Shown in pieces: positions 13,744 through 25,809 of a stretch of DNA of 64,000 nucleotides. The DNA is taken from contig OZ218965.1 of the NCBI GenBank assembly GCA_965112735.1, forward strand, positions 2,232,001-2,296,000. The letters run 5' to 3'. Source of the DNA: Phaeosaccion multiseriatum (lineage: Eukaryota > Protista > Ochrophyta, other classes). Both the position numbers and the translations under genes were made by a program. The first letter of the stretch is position 1. Every line of letters starts with the position of its first letter. The notes beneath the pieces were generated by a model. It saw only the letters and a list, made by a program, of their open reading frames with translations. It was not told the DNA's origin and searched no databases.

Positions 13744-15218
13744 TGTCCGGCACGTATCTTCTCTCGCTTCTTTCGCCTTGTCCCCCTCTATATGCAGTTT
13801 GAGCACCCCATGAGTATTTTCCAATGCACTGTACGATAGACACGCCCTCCGTCCTCTTGTCCCCTCTGGTGCTTGTTTTAATCTGGGCTCTCTCTCGGGC
13901 GAAGAAGCAGCCCCAAGAGTTGGAATCAAATTCACAGATGCCGGCGAGTTCAAATCATTTTGTTTTTCTTGTTCTGTCTTGTCAACTCCATCTCTGCGCG
14001 AGTATCATGTCTGGGAGGTCAGCACCAGCAGAAGTTGCGTGAGCAGGAGCTGAAGGAGAGGAGAGCTTCCTGGAAGCCGGTACCAATGGAGAGAAAGAGA
14101 AAGACATCGCTGCTTTGACCGCAAGGGAGCTATGTGCTCTTCAGAAGCGGAAACGGAAGCGAGAGGCAGTCCAGCAACAGCAGCAGAAGAAGAACAAGAC
14201 AGAGCTGGCTCTGAAGGATGGGGGGGGTGGGGAAGAGGAAGAGGGGGAGGAGAGGGATAAAGACAAGGGACAACTCCACGGCCAACGGAGGTCGATACCT
14301 CATAGGGCTCCGCGGGCGACTCTCTGAGTAAAGAAATGTCGGGGACGGTAGCAGGGTCCGTGCTACCATCACCAGCCTCGTCGTCGCCCTCGGGTTTACT
14401 AGCAACAGCGGTGTCCAAGAGTGGCAACAGCAGTGGCAAATTCAAGCCGCCGAGGAAGTCGGTTTGGGGCAGCCCACCACAGACTCTTGGGACCTCGCCG
14501 CAGTCTAGTCTGCTCGGTGTTGGGCAACAGCAGAGATGGAAGCCGCGCCAGCAGAGGACGGACGAGCTCGGGCAGGAGAAGCAGGGGGAGGGGGGGGCAG
14601 AGGAAGCAGGAGGCGGGCAGTTGCGATGCTTTGCCTGTGTCGTTCTTCAGCCAAGTCATGGACAAGGCGGGCCCTCCGTCTCGCTCCTTTCCCTCGACAA
14701 GGTCCGCCCATGAGGCCGGACAAGATAGAGCAGAGCATCAAGGCGAGAAAGGTAGTAGCAGGGGGAGCAGAAGCGCTGGCCCAAGCACTAGCGCTGGTAC
14801 TGGCGCCCATCGGGCCAGCGTGCGGCGTGCAGCCATGAGTGTCAGACATCATCGCTGGGGCGGCAGGGGAAGGGGCAGGCCCTGCCACAGAGGCGAGGGG
14901 GGCTGCTGCCGGGACTCATAGCGGGAGCGACGATGACCAAAGTAACAGCAACTGCAGTAGTAGCAGAAACCGAGATGCCGGGCTCATGGCGGCGGGGGGA
15001 GGTGGGGTCGCCGGTCGGAAGAGGGACGGCGCCTCGGCGGGGCTGGGGGACGGTAGAAGTTGGGTATTGTGGCCCAACAACACCAACACTGTCAGCAGCG
15101 TTGCGAAAGGCCAGCAACAGGGGATCGTCCTCCGTAGAGCAGCAGCAGGAACAGTCATATGGGCAGCAGCAGATCCTCTTTGGGGGGGGGCGAGCGCAGC
15201 AACACGGGCGGCAACCAG

Positions 15219-15254
<36 letters not shown>

Positions 15255-15272
15255 CGACAGCAACAGCAACAA

Positions 15273-15323
<51 letters not shown>

Positions 15324-15359
15324 CGATAGCAACAGCAACAACAACAGCAACAGCAACAA

Positions 15360-15390
<31 letters not shown>

Positions 15391-15495
15391 GAGCTTTCCT
15401 GAGCCTGGACCGTATGCCCGACTTTAGCCTCGAGGAGACGCGCCAAGCGCCCGTGCTCCCGCCCCGCCCTCCGGGGAGAGGGGGGGTGGCGGTAG
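13489..15495. repeat. Segmental direct repeat A (APC1 5' end + bidirectional promoter + DONSON 5' end); partner at 34132-36060
   Basis: Colinear high identity, e.g. catttcgtcgtgccagctgaccaagtcgcttctgagcc at 13489 and 34132; gagcctggaccgtatgcccgactttagcctcgaggagacgcgcc at ~15401 and ~35966. Confidence 0.95.
14086..15495 (+). pseudogene. Truncated, frameshifted 5' fragment of DONSON
   Basis: Homologous to 34704-36060 but carries indels (e.g. catagggctccgcgg vs catagggctggctctgcgg) that break the frame. None of the conserved DONSON-domain exons follow. Confidence 0.85.
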
Positions 15496-16778
15496 TGTTA
15501 GTGTTAGTGGTGGTGCCCAAAGGCAAGGCCAAGAGAGCGGGGGATCCACTGCCGCTGGTCCTGCTGCTGCTGTTGCTACTACTGCTGCTGCTGCTGTCGG
15601 AGCGGGGGGTGCAGACTCCTCTGGCTGAGGCCTCTCGGAAGTTGCTCATCAACCCACTCTCAGCCACGGCATCTGGTGCAACTTCGAGAGCGGCACATGA
15701 GGCAGAGGGAGAGCGACGACGAGGCGGCAGCGGCGGAGGACCAACTGTTGCAGGAGCAGCAGAAGAAGAACGGCAACAGCAAAAAGAAGGGCCGCTCTCT
15801 GCTGAGGAGACGAGCAGCAGCGGCAGTAGCTAGCAGCAGCAGCACCAGCGGAGGTACTGGCAGTACTGGTACGGGAGTGGGAGTGGCAGCATCGACAGTA
15901 GCGCTGATGGCAGCAATACCACCAACAGCAGCAGCTCACAGATGGCTAAGCAGCGGCAGCAGGTGGACTTGCTTGGAGCGGGTGATTTTCAATCTGGACA
16001 CCAAGATTAAGCGCCTCATGACAGATGGAAGTATCACACAGCAGAGGAGCGACGGCTCCCTAATGTTAGTAATACTTTCCCAACGATAGCTGAGCTTGCA
16101 GAGTGGGAGTATGCGTGCCGGTGCGACCCGAAGCCACAGGGTATGGCCTCCGGCATACGTCCATAGTACCTGCAGCACGCCGCATCCATCAAGGCTCTCT
16201 CTACGCAAGGAAAAGCCGACGGGAGGGGACAGCTGTTTGGTAGCGTGTGAGGCAGGGCAGTGGCACCCCTGCTCAACTCTGTTTGCAGCTGTCGAACAGC
16301 CTATAGTTCACTCCAAGCTGTTCGCTAACAAGCGTGCCCATATGTAGGAAGGGTCGTGACGTTGCTAATGCCTTTTAGTACCTTCTTGACTACCTTGCCC
16401 CTCCAACCCTTTCCCCCTTCCTCCCTCATGATGCACACTGCAGAACTTCAGGCATATCGGCATGTCGGCGTTGATCACTCCTTGAAGTCAACGAAAATAA
16501 AAGTAAAGTAGCTCGGGGGAACCGGCCGGAGCGAACCGATATCCGGAACCCGTTCGCTGCATCCGAGGCAGTACATCCATCAATTGCAGCAGCATCGCCC
16601 TCCTCACTAAAAAGAAAGAAAGAAAGCGACAGTCTCCAGTTCCCTCGGCATTCTGGGGAGGCCATCTTCAAGAAACGTGGAGCAGCAGGTGCCAGGTTTC
16701 TTGTTGCCTCCGTGAACAAGAAGGAACGAGCGAAGAAAAAGGAACGGGGAGAGAGGGGGGGGAGGAAGGGGGGGGGAA

Positions 16779-19700
16779 ATGACAGTCCGGGACGTGCTGG
16801 TGTCGCTGTTTAATGGCACGGGAGGAGCTCGATGGAAGAACCGCAGGGGATGGGACAACTTGGGCACCACTACACCGGGCAATCATCGCCATAATTTGTA
16901 TGGGGTGAATGATACAAAGTACTGTGATTTCGAAAACGTTGCAAGCGTAGTCCGACTCAATCTACAAGGCAACGGACTAAAAGGTGAGTGACGTGTTTGT
17001 CCTTCACGGTCCTGGCTGATGGGGGTCTTAAAGAGAGTGGTGCTGCCTTTGTCCACACACAGGCACGATACCGGCCGAGCTTGGCCGATTACAAGCACTG
17101 ACGGTGCTTCGCCTTGATGGCAACGAGTTGACAGGTGGGTCACAGGCTTGATGCCATCCACACCTCGTCCCTTCTCCTCGCGTGTTCACAGTCCTGAGGG
17201 GCTTTCTATGACGTGTTGCTGCTGCCCTTGTCCACACACAGGCACGATACCGGCCGAGCTTGGCCGATTACAAGCACTGACGGAGCTTTACCTTGATGAC
17301 AACAAGCTGACAGGTGGATTACAGGCATGATGCCATCCACACTTCGTCCCTTCTCCTCGTGTGTTCACAGCCAGTCCTAAGGGGCTTTTTATGACGTGTT
17401 GCTGCTGCCCTTGTCCACACACAGGCACGATACCGGCCGAGCTTGGCCGATTACAAGCACTGACGGTGCTTCACCTTCTTGGCAACAAGCTGACAGGTGG
17501 GTTCCGGGCATGATGCCATCCACACCTCCTCCCTTCTCCTCGTGTGTTCACAGTCCTGAGAGGCCTTGTAAGACGTGTTGCTGCTGCCCTTGTCCACACA
17601 CAGGCACGATACCGGCCGAGCTTGGCCGATTACAAGCCCTGACGGTGCTTCGCCTTGGTGGCAACAAGCTAACAGGTGGGTCACAGGCTTGATGCCATCC
17701 ACACCTCGTCCCTTGTCCTCGTGTGTTCACAGTCCTGAGGGTCTTTTTATGACGTGTTGCTGCTGCCCTTGTCCACACACAGGCTCGATACCGGCCGGGC
17801 TTGGCCGATTACAAGCACTGACGCAGCTTTACCTTGAAGGCAACACGCTGACAGGTGGGTTGCGGGCATGATGCCATCCACACCTCGTCCCTTCTCCTCG
17901 TGTGTTCACAGCCCCGAGGGGCTTTTTATGACCTGTTGCTGCTGCCCTTGTCCACACACAGGCACGATACCGGCCGAGCTTGGCCGACTACAAGCACTGA
18001 CGGGGCTTCGCCTATATGACAACGAGTTGACAGGTGGGTTACAGGCATGATGCCATCCACACTTCGTCCCTTCTCCTCGTGTGTTCACAGTCCTGAGGGG
18101 CTTTTGATGACCTGTTGCTGCTGCCCTTGTCCACACACAGGCACGATACCGGTCGAGCTTGCCCGATTACAAGCACTGACGGTGCTGGCCCTTCATGGCA
18201 ACAAGCTGACAGGTGGGTTACAGGCTTGATGCCCTCCACACCTCGTCCCTTCTCCTCGTGTGTTCACAGTCCTGAGAGGCTTTTTATGGCGTGTCGCTGC
18301 TGCCCTTGTCCACACACAGGCACGATACCGGCCGAGCTTGGCCGATTACAAGCACTGACGTGGCTTCGCCTTGATGGCAACGAGCTGACAGGTGGGTTAC
18401 AGGCATGATGCCATCCACACCTCGTCCCTTCTCCTCGTGTGTTCACAGCCCCGAGGGGCTTTTTATGACCTGTTGCTGCTGCCCTTGTCCACACACAGGC
18501 ACGATACCGGCCGAGCTTGGCCGATTACAAGCCCTGACGGAGCTTTACCTTGGTGGCAACAAGCTGACAGGTGGGTTACAGGCATGATGCCATCCACAGC
18601 TCGTCCCTTCTCCTCGTGTGTTCACAGTCCTGAGGGGCTTTTGATGACCTGTTGCTGCTGCCCTTGTCCACACACAGGCACGATACCGGCCGAGCTTGGC
18701 CGATTACAAGCACTGACGAAGCTTTACCCTGGTGGCAACAAGTTGACAGGTGGGTTACAGGCATGATGCCATCCACACCTCGTCCCTTCTCCTCGTGTGT
18801 TCACAGTCCTGAGGGGCTTTTGATGACCTGTTGCTGCTGCCCTTGTCCACACACAGGCACGATACCGGCCGAGCTTGGCCGATTACAAGCACTGACCGAG
18901 CTTTGGCTTCAAAACACTAAGTTGACAGGTGGGTTACAGGCATGATGCCATCCACACCTCGTCCCTTCTCCTCCTGTGTGTTCACAGTCCTGAGGGGCTT
19001 TTCATGACGTATTGCTGCTGCCCTTGTCCACACACAGGCACGATACCGGCCGAGCTTGGCCGATTACAAGCACTGACGGGGCTTCGCCTTGATGGCAACG
19101 AGCTGACAGGTGGGTTACAGGCATGATGCCATCCACACCTCGTCCCTTCTCCTCGTGTGTTCACAGCCCCGAGGGGCTTTTTATGACCTGTTGCTGCTGC
19201 CCTTGTCCACACACAGGCACGATACCGGCCGAGCTTGGCCGATTACAAGCACTGACGGGGCTTCACCTTGATGGCAACGAGCTGACAGGTGGGTTACAGG
19301 CATGATGCCCTCCACACCTCGTCCCTTGTCCTCGCGTGTTCACAGTCCTGAGGGGCTGTTTATGACCTGTTGCTGTGCCGCCCTTGTCCACACACAGGCA
19401 CGATACCGGCCGAGCTTGGCCGATTACAAGCACTGACGGAGCTTTACCTTTACGACAACAAGCTGACAGGTGGGTCACAGGCTTGATGCCATACACACCT
19501 CGTCCTTTGTCCTCGTGTGTTCACAGTTCTGAGGGGTTTTTTATGACGTGTTGCTGCCCTTGTCCACACACAGGCACGATACCGGCCGAGCTTGGCCGAT
19601 TACAAGCACTGACGGTGCTTCACCTTGATGGCAACGAGCTGACAGGTGGGTTACAGACATGATGCCATCCACACCTCGTCCCTTCTCCTCGTGTGTTCAC

Positions 19701-22700
19701 AGCCCCGAGGGGCTTTTTATGACCTGTTGCTGCTGCCCTTGTCCACACACAGGCACGATACCGGCCGAGCTTGGCCGATTACAAGCACTGACGGTGCTTG
19801 CCCTTCATGGCAACAAGCTGACAGGTGGGTTACAGGCATGATGCCCTCCACACCTCGTCCCTTGTCCTCGCGTGTTCACAGTCCTGAGGGGCTGTTTATG
19901 ACCTGTCGCTGCTGCCCTTGTCCACACACAGGCACGATACCGGCCGAGCTTGGCCGATTACAAGCACTGACGGTGCTTGGCCTTCATGGCAACAAGCTGA
20001 CTGGTGGGTTACAGGCATGATGCCCTCCACACCTCGTCCCTTGTCCTCGTGTGTTCACAGTCCTGAGGGGCTTTTTATGACCTGTTGCTGTGCCGCCCTT
20101 GTCCACACACAGGCACGATACCGGCCGAGCTTGGCCGATTACAAGCCCTGACGGAGCTTTACCTTGATGGCAACGAGTTGACAGGTGGGTCACAGGCTTG
20201 ATGCCATACACACCTCGTCCCTTCTCCTCGCGTGTTCGCAGTCCTGAGGGGCTTTTTATGACGTGTTGCTGCCGCCCTTGTCCACACACAGGCACGATAC
20301 CGGCCGAGCTTGGCCGATTACAAGCACTGACGGAGCTTTACCTTTATGACAACAAGCTGACAGGTGGGTTACAGGCATGATGCCATCCACACCTCGTCCC
20401 TTCTCCTCGCGTGTTCACAGTCCTGAGGGGCTTTCTATGACGTGTTGCTGCTGCCCTTGTCCACACACAGGCACGATACCGGCCGAGCTTGTTGCGGTAT
20501 TGTAACCCCCCCCCCCCCCCGCTCCTGCCCCTGTCTGCTCCTCCCCTCTCAGGCAGCATTCCTCCGGAGCTTGGGTCTCTACCAAGACTACGGCACGCCT
20601 CTTTTACTCCCGGGAACCCTGATCTCCACGGTAAGCCCTTCCAGATGGTCCGAAGCCTCCTCTTGCTTGAACATCTATTCTCGTCCTCCATACTCCATGG
20701 GATTCGACTGTACTTCGCGGTTAAGTAAACCGCGAGTGACCTCCCCTGCACTCGAGGAGGAGAGGAGACCCCGCTCTGTCCTGCCTTGCTGTGTAGTAGG
20801 TGTACCAATGGGTTGGCGTGACTGACTCTCTCTGACCCACCGATCTCTCTTCTATGCGCGGTCCGCAGGCAACCCCGGTAGGCTAGATGACCGGGACAAG
20901 GTGCAGATTTGGCAGCGACCGTTTCTTCTCCTGCAGACTGAAAGGGCCTCCTCCATCACGCTCAAGGCCGAGCTTGAGCAGGCCAAACGAGACACAAAGT
21001 CTCTGCTGACCGAGAGAGATACAGCCCGCTATGAGCTGCAGACTGAAAGAGCCTCCTTCATCAAGCTTAAGGCCGAGCTTGAGCAGGCCAGACGAGACAC
21101 AGGGTCTCTGCTGGAGGAGACACAAAGAGCGTCGCTGTCCTCCGGGGTGGACATGCTGCTGGCCGTTACGGATGCCGTAGCGAGCACCAGAGGCCGCAAG
21201 CAGAAGGAGCACAGCACTGAGATGCAGGAGCAGCATCAGAGTGGGGGTATTGAGGAAAGGGCCCGACTTCCGACAGCCTCCTGGAGGGGTCTGCTCAAGG
21301 CCATTGAGCTCATGTCCAAAGGCGACGCGACGCAGGACAATGGCACAGTCGGGACAGAGGCTCTGGCTGAGATGGTGCAGGAGGAAGAGCGGGCCACTAG
21401 GCACTGGGACTCTCTCAAGATGCATCAGAGCAAACTGAGGGAGTGGAGCCCGCCTGTGTCGGGGGAGGCTCGGGCGGAAGAGCTTAGCATTGGTGAGATC
21501 GAGGCGGTGTTGGTTGGCAACAAAGGGCTTGCGGGGAAGAGCTTGCATGAGCTTGTGGCTGCTCGAGACGGGGAGAGGAAAAGCCTGGTGGACGCGATGA
21601 GCCAGCTCCTCCTGATGAGTGCGAGAGAGGAGCTGCCCGACAAGATCGACGCCGAGAAGAGAGAGATCGAGAGTGTAGAGGGTCTGCTGGCACCGCTGAG
21701 AGAATTCCAAACGTCATTTAGGGACCTGCTTGAGGAGGACGGAGGGCAGGGCGAGGACGAAAGCTTCGACATTGGTGCGCTGTGGGGGCAGGGCGTTGAC
21801 GAAAGCTTCGACATTGGTGCTCTGTGCACAGAGGTGCTGCAAGCTGTGAGGCAGTGGGAGGCAGCGCACGATCTCGCTGCCCTTGCGCAGAGCACTGACG
21901 GGCGCTGCAGAGAGCTGGGGCAGGCGCTGGCGAAAGCGCTTGGGTCGCTGGGAGGCACAAGCCCCGGAGTCGAGGAGGGAGCAGGAGAAGTGGGAGAGAG
22001 CGAGGACGATGATGGCGACATACGGCGGTGCCTTCGACTGGCGGCCAAGGCGGCGCAGTCGGCGGTCGACGACGAAGAGAGCGGCAGCGAATTAAGCTCC
22101 TTGCTCAAAGACCTTCCGCTCATCGCCGTCCTGCGGGCTGGGGAGCGCCTGCTCGCTTACCACCGGCAGAGGGTGGAGACCATGGAGGGACTGGGCGCCA
22201 GACAAGGTGTCTTCCTCGACGTGCTCGCTCAGCAGCAGGGGGTAAGCATCGCCTTCCACCACACGTTTGCACTCTCGTCACTCTCTCTATCTCCGCTCGA
22301 AGATACTCGGCACAGAGGAGCGAAAGTGCTCCACGAAGTGTGTGGCTCTGACAGAGTCCATTTGTGCCGCTCGACGCCTCCGCTCTTTGGACTTTTGCCA
22401 TGCTCTGATGACTCGTCCTGTGCCCTCCAGGTGGTGTCCAGCGCGTGCTACCCTCCCGACACCAGCGGACTCAAGGCCCTCCGCGCGGAGCTGCACGACC
22501 TCCAGGATGAAGTGGACACGCTGAAGCTCAAGATCACTCAGAAGCAGCGCCGGGGAGAGCCCACAGACGGCCTGCAGACAGAGCTGAAGCGCGTCATCTC
22601 CGACATCACTCAGAAGGTAGGGCGAGTGGTGTATGAGGTTGGCTTAGTGGGTCCGAAGGGGAGCTCTCGATCCTCCCCTCCTCTTGGGCACACAGAGCCG

Positions 22701-23440
22701 CGCGACTGACGTCTCTCCTCTCCCATTGGCTGTGTGGCTGTGCTCCCCTGCCCAAGTAGAAGCTAAGCCGGCACATCATGGCGGAGGAGAGCAGGCTGTA
22801 CCGCCTGGCGCAGGAGCACTACCCCGAGCTGCTGCTGGAGGGAAACGAGTGGGGCAAGGAGGTGGGCATTGACGCCTCCTCCTTTGGGGCAGAGGCGCGG
22901 CGCCTGGGCCTGCTGGCAGATGGCCGGACGCTGCAGAGCTTCGCCACGCAGACGCTGCTCTCCACGCAGGCGGGAAGGCGTGTCTACCTCGTGGAGGAGG
23001 CAGGGGAGTCCATGGCAGAGCAGCAGCAGCAGCAGCAGCAGCAGGACGGTGTGCCTCTCCGGCGGAAATTGGTGGTTAAAGAGTTCAGCTTGAAGCTGGA
23101 ACGGGACATGCGGCACTTCTACAGACAGGTGCGTCTGGCCTGTCCCTCTCACGCTGACAAGTGAGCCCAAACGCACGCACTCACGTCAGAGCCTGCTCTC
23201 CCCTCCTCCTCACCTCCCGCCCCCCGTGACCAACAGGTTGCCCTGCTGCACCAGCTGAGGCATCCCAACCTCGTGGGCGTTTGTGCTGTGTTCCAGGACG
23301 TCACGGCGGGCTCCTGCTACCTGCAGATGCCGCACTATGGCGGAGGAGATCTCCGAGCCTGGATGGACGCCAACCCCGCCACGGCCAGGGATGCCGTCTT
23401 CTGCGCGCAGGTGTGTGTGTATGTGTGTGTGTGTGTGTGT

Positions 23441-23529
<89 letters not shown>

Positions 23530-25052
23530 CAGAGGGTGGGCTGCGCGGAGAACAGAGTCAAACTCCCCGCCCGAATTTATATCCAGTCCTACCTTTCCAC
23601 TGAGCGTCTCTTCGCTTCCGTCCGCCGTCCGCGCCTCGCAGATTCTGAGCGACGTGTTGGCCGGGCTGCACCACCTTCACGCCAGCGGCCTCGTGCACTG
23701 CGACCTCAAGCCCTCCAATGTGCTGCTCACCACGCGAGGCACCGCCGTGCTGTCGGACTTTGACGGGCTACGCAAGGAGGATGATTTGGCCAGCGGCATG
23801 GGATCGACCACTTTTGTAGGAGGCGTCCAGGGAACTATGGGCTACCTCCCTCCAGAGCTGCTGCAATCGCGAGGCACGAGTGTGATGAAAAACCTCATCA
23901 CTCCAAGCGTCGACATGTTCGCGTTTGGGAGGGTTGCGGAGGAGCTGCTGCAAGAAGGGGTGCAGCTCAGTTGGCGAAGAGGGGAGGGCGGAGACAGGAA
24001 GGCAGAGCACCGCAGGAGATGGGACTCGCTCAAAGGCTTCATCACTGCACTGGTGGCGGATGACCCGGCCAAGAGGATGAGCAGCTCGGACGCGCTGGCC
24101 CACCCTCTCTTGGTGGAGCTCGGTCGGAGGACCGCGGAGGGAGAGGACAGGGTGAAGCAGCGCAAGCTCCAGTGCGTCGTCTGCTTTGACACATTCCTCG
24201 CTGCGGAGGGGGTGCAATGCGACGCGGAGCACTTCATCTGTGACGAGTGCCTGGAAGGGTATGTGACGGCCAAGAGCGAGTCTGAAGAGAGGAAGGCCCT
24301 GTACAAGGGCGGGCTGCAGTGCCCCCAGCCTGGCTGCGCATCGAGTCCCTTCCAAGGACACACCATTGCCAGCCACGTGCCCGCCTCCGTGTATGAGGCA
24401 TACCGCACGGCGCTCAACGCGGGGCTGGAGACCAAGGTTGTGCAAGACATGGAGAGAGTTCACGAGGTGAGGATAATGATGGATGGAGATCGTTTGGTGT
24501 CTTGCTAGATGCCGCTCTTACGGGCCATTCATGTGGACTGTGTGGCGACTGTGTGTGTCTTGTCTTCACCGTTGCTGGCCCTTCTCTCGCCATTTGCGCC
24601 CCCTCGTGGTGCAGGAGAGGCTGGAGGCGATGCGCAGAGACTTTGCCAATCGATCGGCGGCCGACGCCCTCGAGGAGGAGGCCCGTCAGCACTCGCTCCG
24701 CGTCATCGAAACGGTCATCAACCTGGCCTGCCCACGCTGCAAGCAGGCCTTCGCGGACTTCACCGGCTGCTTTGCCCTCAAGTGCGGCCGCTGCTCTGCG
24801 GGCTTTTGTGCCTACTGCCTCGCGGACTGCGGCAGCGACGCTCACAGACACGTGGCATCCTGTGCTCTGAACCCAACTGGAGGTTTATTCGGCACCTTCG
24901 ACGACTTCAAGGCCGCCCAAAAGGGCAGGAGGGAGAAGCTGCTGGCGGCCTATCTGCAGCCTCTGCGGGCAGAAGTGCGCGTCAGGGTGGTGGAGCTGCT
25001 CCAGCCGCACGTGAAGGACCTGGGTCTCTCCATCGGAGGGCCAGGACACTGA
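16779..25052 (+). CDS. LRR - coiled coil - protein kinase - RING1/Rcat (RBR-like E3) protein, copy 1 (19 single-LRR exons)
   Basis: Exons: 16779-16983 (LRR N-cap, VRDVLVSLFNGTGGARWKNRRGW...VVRLNLQGNGLKG); 19 x 72-bp exons from 17063 to 20363; 20553-20630; 20869-22241; 22431-22616; 22760-23128; 23237-23410; 23642-24466; 24615-25052. All introns are GT-AG and in frame. Kinase motifs: LVVKEF, LRHPNLV, HCDLKPSNVLL, LSDFD, GTMGYLPPE, DMFAFG. C3HC4 RING: CVVC..CDAEHFICDEC..CPQPGC. Rcat-like: CPRC..DFTGCFALKCGRC..FCAYC. No signal peptide or TM segment seen. Confidence 0.92.
17040..20491 (+). repeat. Tandem array of ~179-bp units (72-bp LRR exon + ~107-bp intron): 19 complete + 1 truncated
   Basis: Exon starts at 17063, 17242, 17425, 17604, 17783, 17962, 18141, 18320, 18499, 18678, 18857, 19038, 19217, 19398, 19574, 19753, 19932, 20113, 20292; truncated unit at 20471. 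Consensus ...cacacag|GCACGATACCGGCCGAGCTTGGCCGATTACAAGCACTGACG-variable-TGACAG|gtgggt, encoding GTIPAELGRLQALTxLxLxxNxLT. Confidence 0.97.
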
Positions 25053-25809
25053 GACGGAGAACAGGAGGGCAGGACGGCGGGGGGGCTGATGAAAGAGATA
25101 GAGGGCTTGAGGGAGTGTAGTGCCTAGAATAGCGGTATAGCGGTGTACTCGAGGAACACGCACACCACGTCCTACAGGCCTACAGGGTAAGGAGTGGGGG
25201 GCTAAGGCGGAGGCGAGCAGGGGAGGCTTTCATTCATTCCTTCGTCCATTCATTCAGTAATAACTAATGATGCATTCGTTCGTAAGATAGCTACCTACTG
25301 AAGCCAAGAGATGAGCGAGGACGGCTCTGTCCTATCCCTTGTACGCTCTCATACTACCGACCACTTGCCGTACTGTGTTGAGCTCGGCGGGTAGGGGTCG
25401 AGAGAAGAAACAAGCAGGAACGGAGGGGGGGGACGGAAGCAAGGCCGTAGGGCGGAGGGCCCAGGTCCCCTCCTTACTCTTCGCACCATTCTCAGCCCCG
25501 CACACTTGTCACTCTAAACCCTATCTACTGCCTCTACAGTGACCAGCACTTCATGAAAGGAGAAGGGCATCGAAAGGCAGCGTGGTCCACGAAACAGAAC
25601 ATCAAATTAGCCAGCAGTGGCTAGGGGCACCCGAGGAAAAAAAGCACCCCGCACCTGGCTGCAGGAGCGAGGAGCTGCTGCTCAGCAGCATCATCAGAAT
25701 CGGAAGCTTCATTGCAACAGCTATTACAACAGTCTGCTGCGTGCTTGATGAGAAGCAAGAGCAAGAAGAGACCCGTATATACATAGGAGTGGGAGCGAAG
25801 GGGGACGTC

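Noticed and set aside
17148-20380. Repeated 60-aa ORFs MMPSTPRPFSSCVHSPEG..CCCCPCPH as a small Cys-rich peptide family
   Set aside because: These are intron read-through into LRR exons, and intron indels break them in several units.
17040-20491. CRISPR-like array (constant repeat with short variable spacer)
   Set aside because: The context is eukaryotic with no cas genes. The constant part is ~150 bp, and the variable parts are homologous LRR codons bounded by GT-AG sites.
17040-20491. Diversity-generating retroelement or RSS-type recombination signals (cacagtc.. and ggctttttat in the introns)
   Set aside because: No reverse transcriptase or recombinase occurs in the window, variation is not confined to adenines, and heptamer/nonamer orientation and spacing do not match a canonical RSS.
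22242-22430. Stop-free 3n introns (also 23411-23641, 36797-37168, 47039-47113) as coding sequence
   Set aside because: They have canonical splice sites and low-complexity content, and the homologous copy-2 intron (29392-29587, 196 nt) is out of frame. High GC explains the lack of stops.
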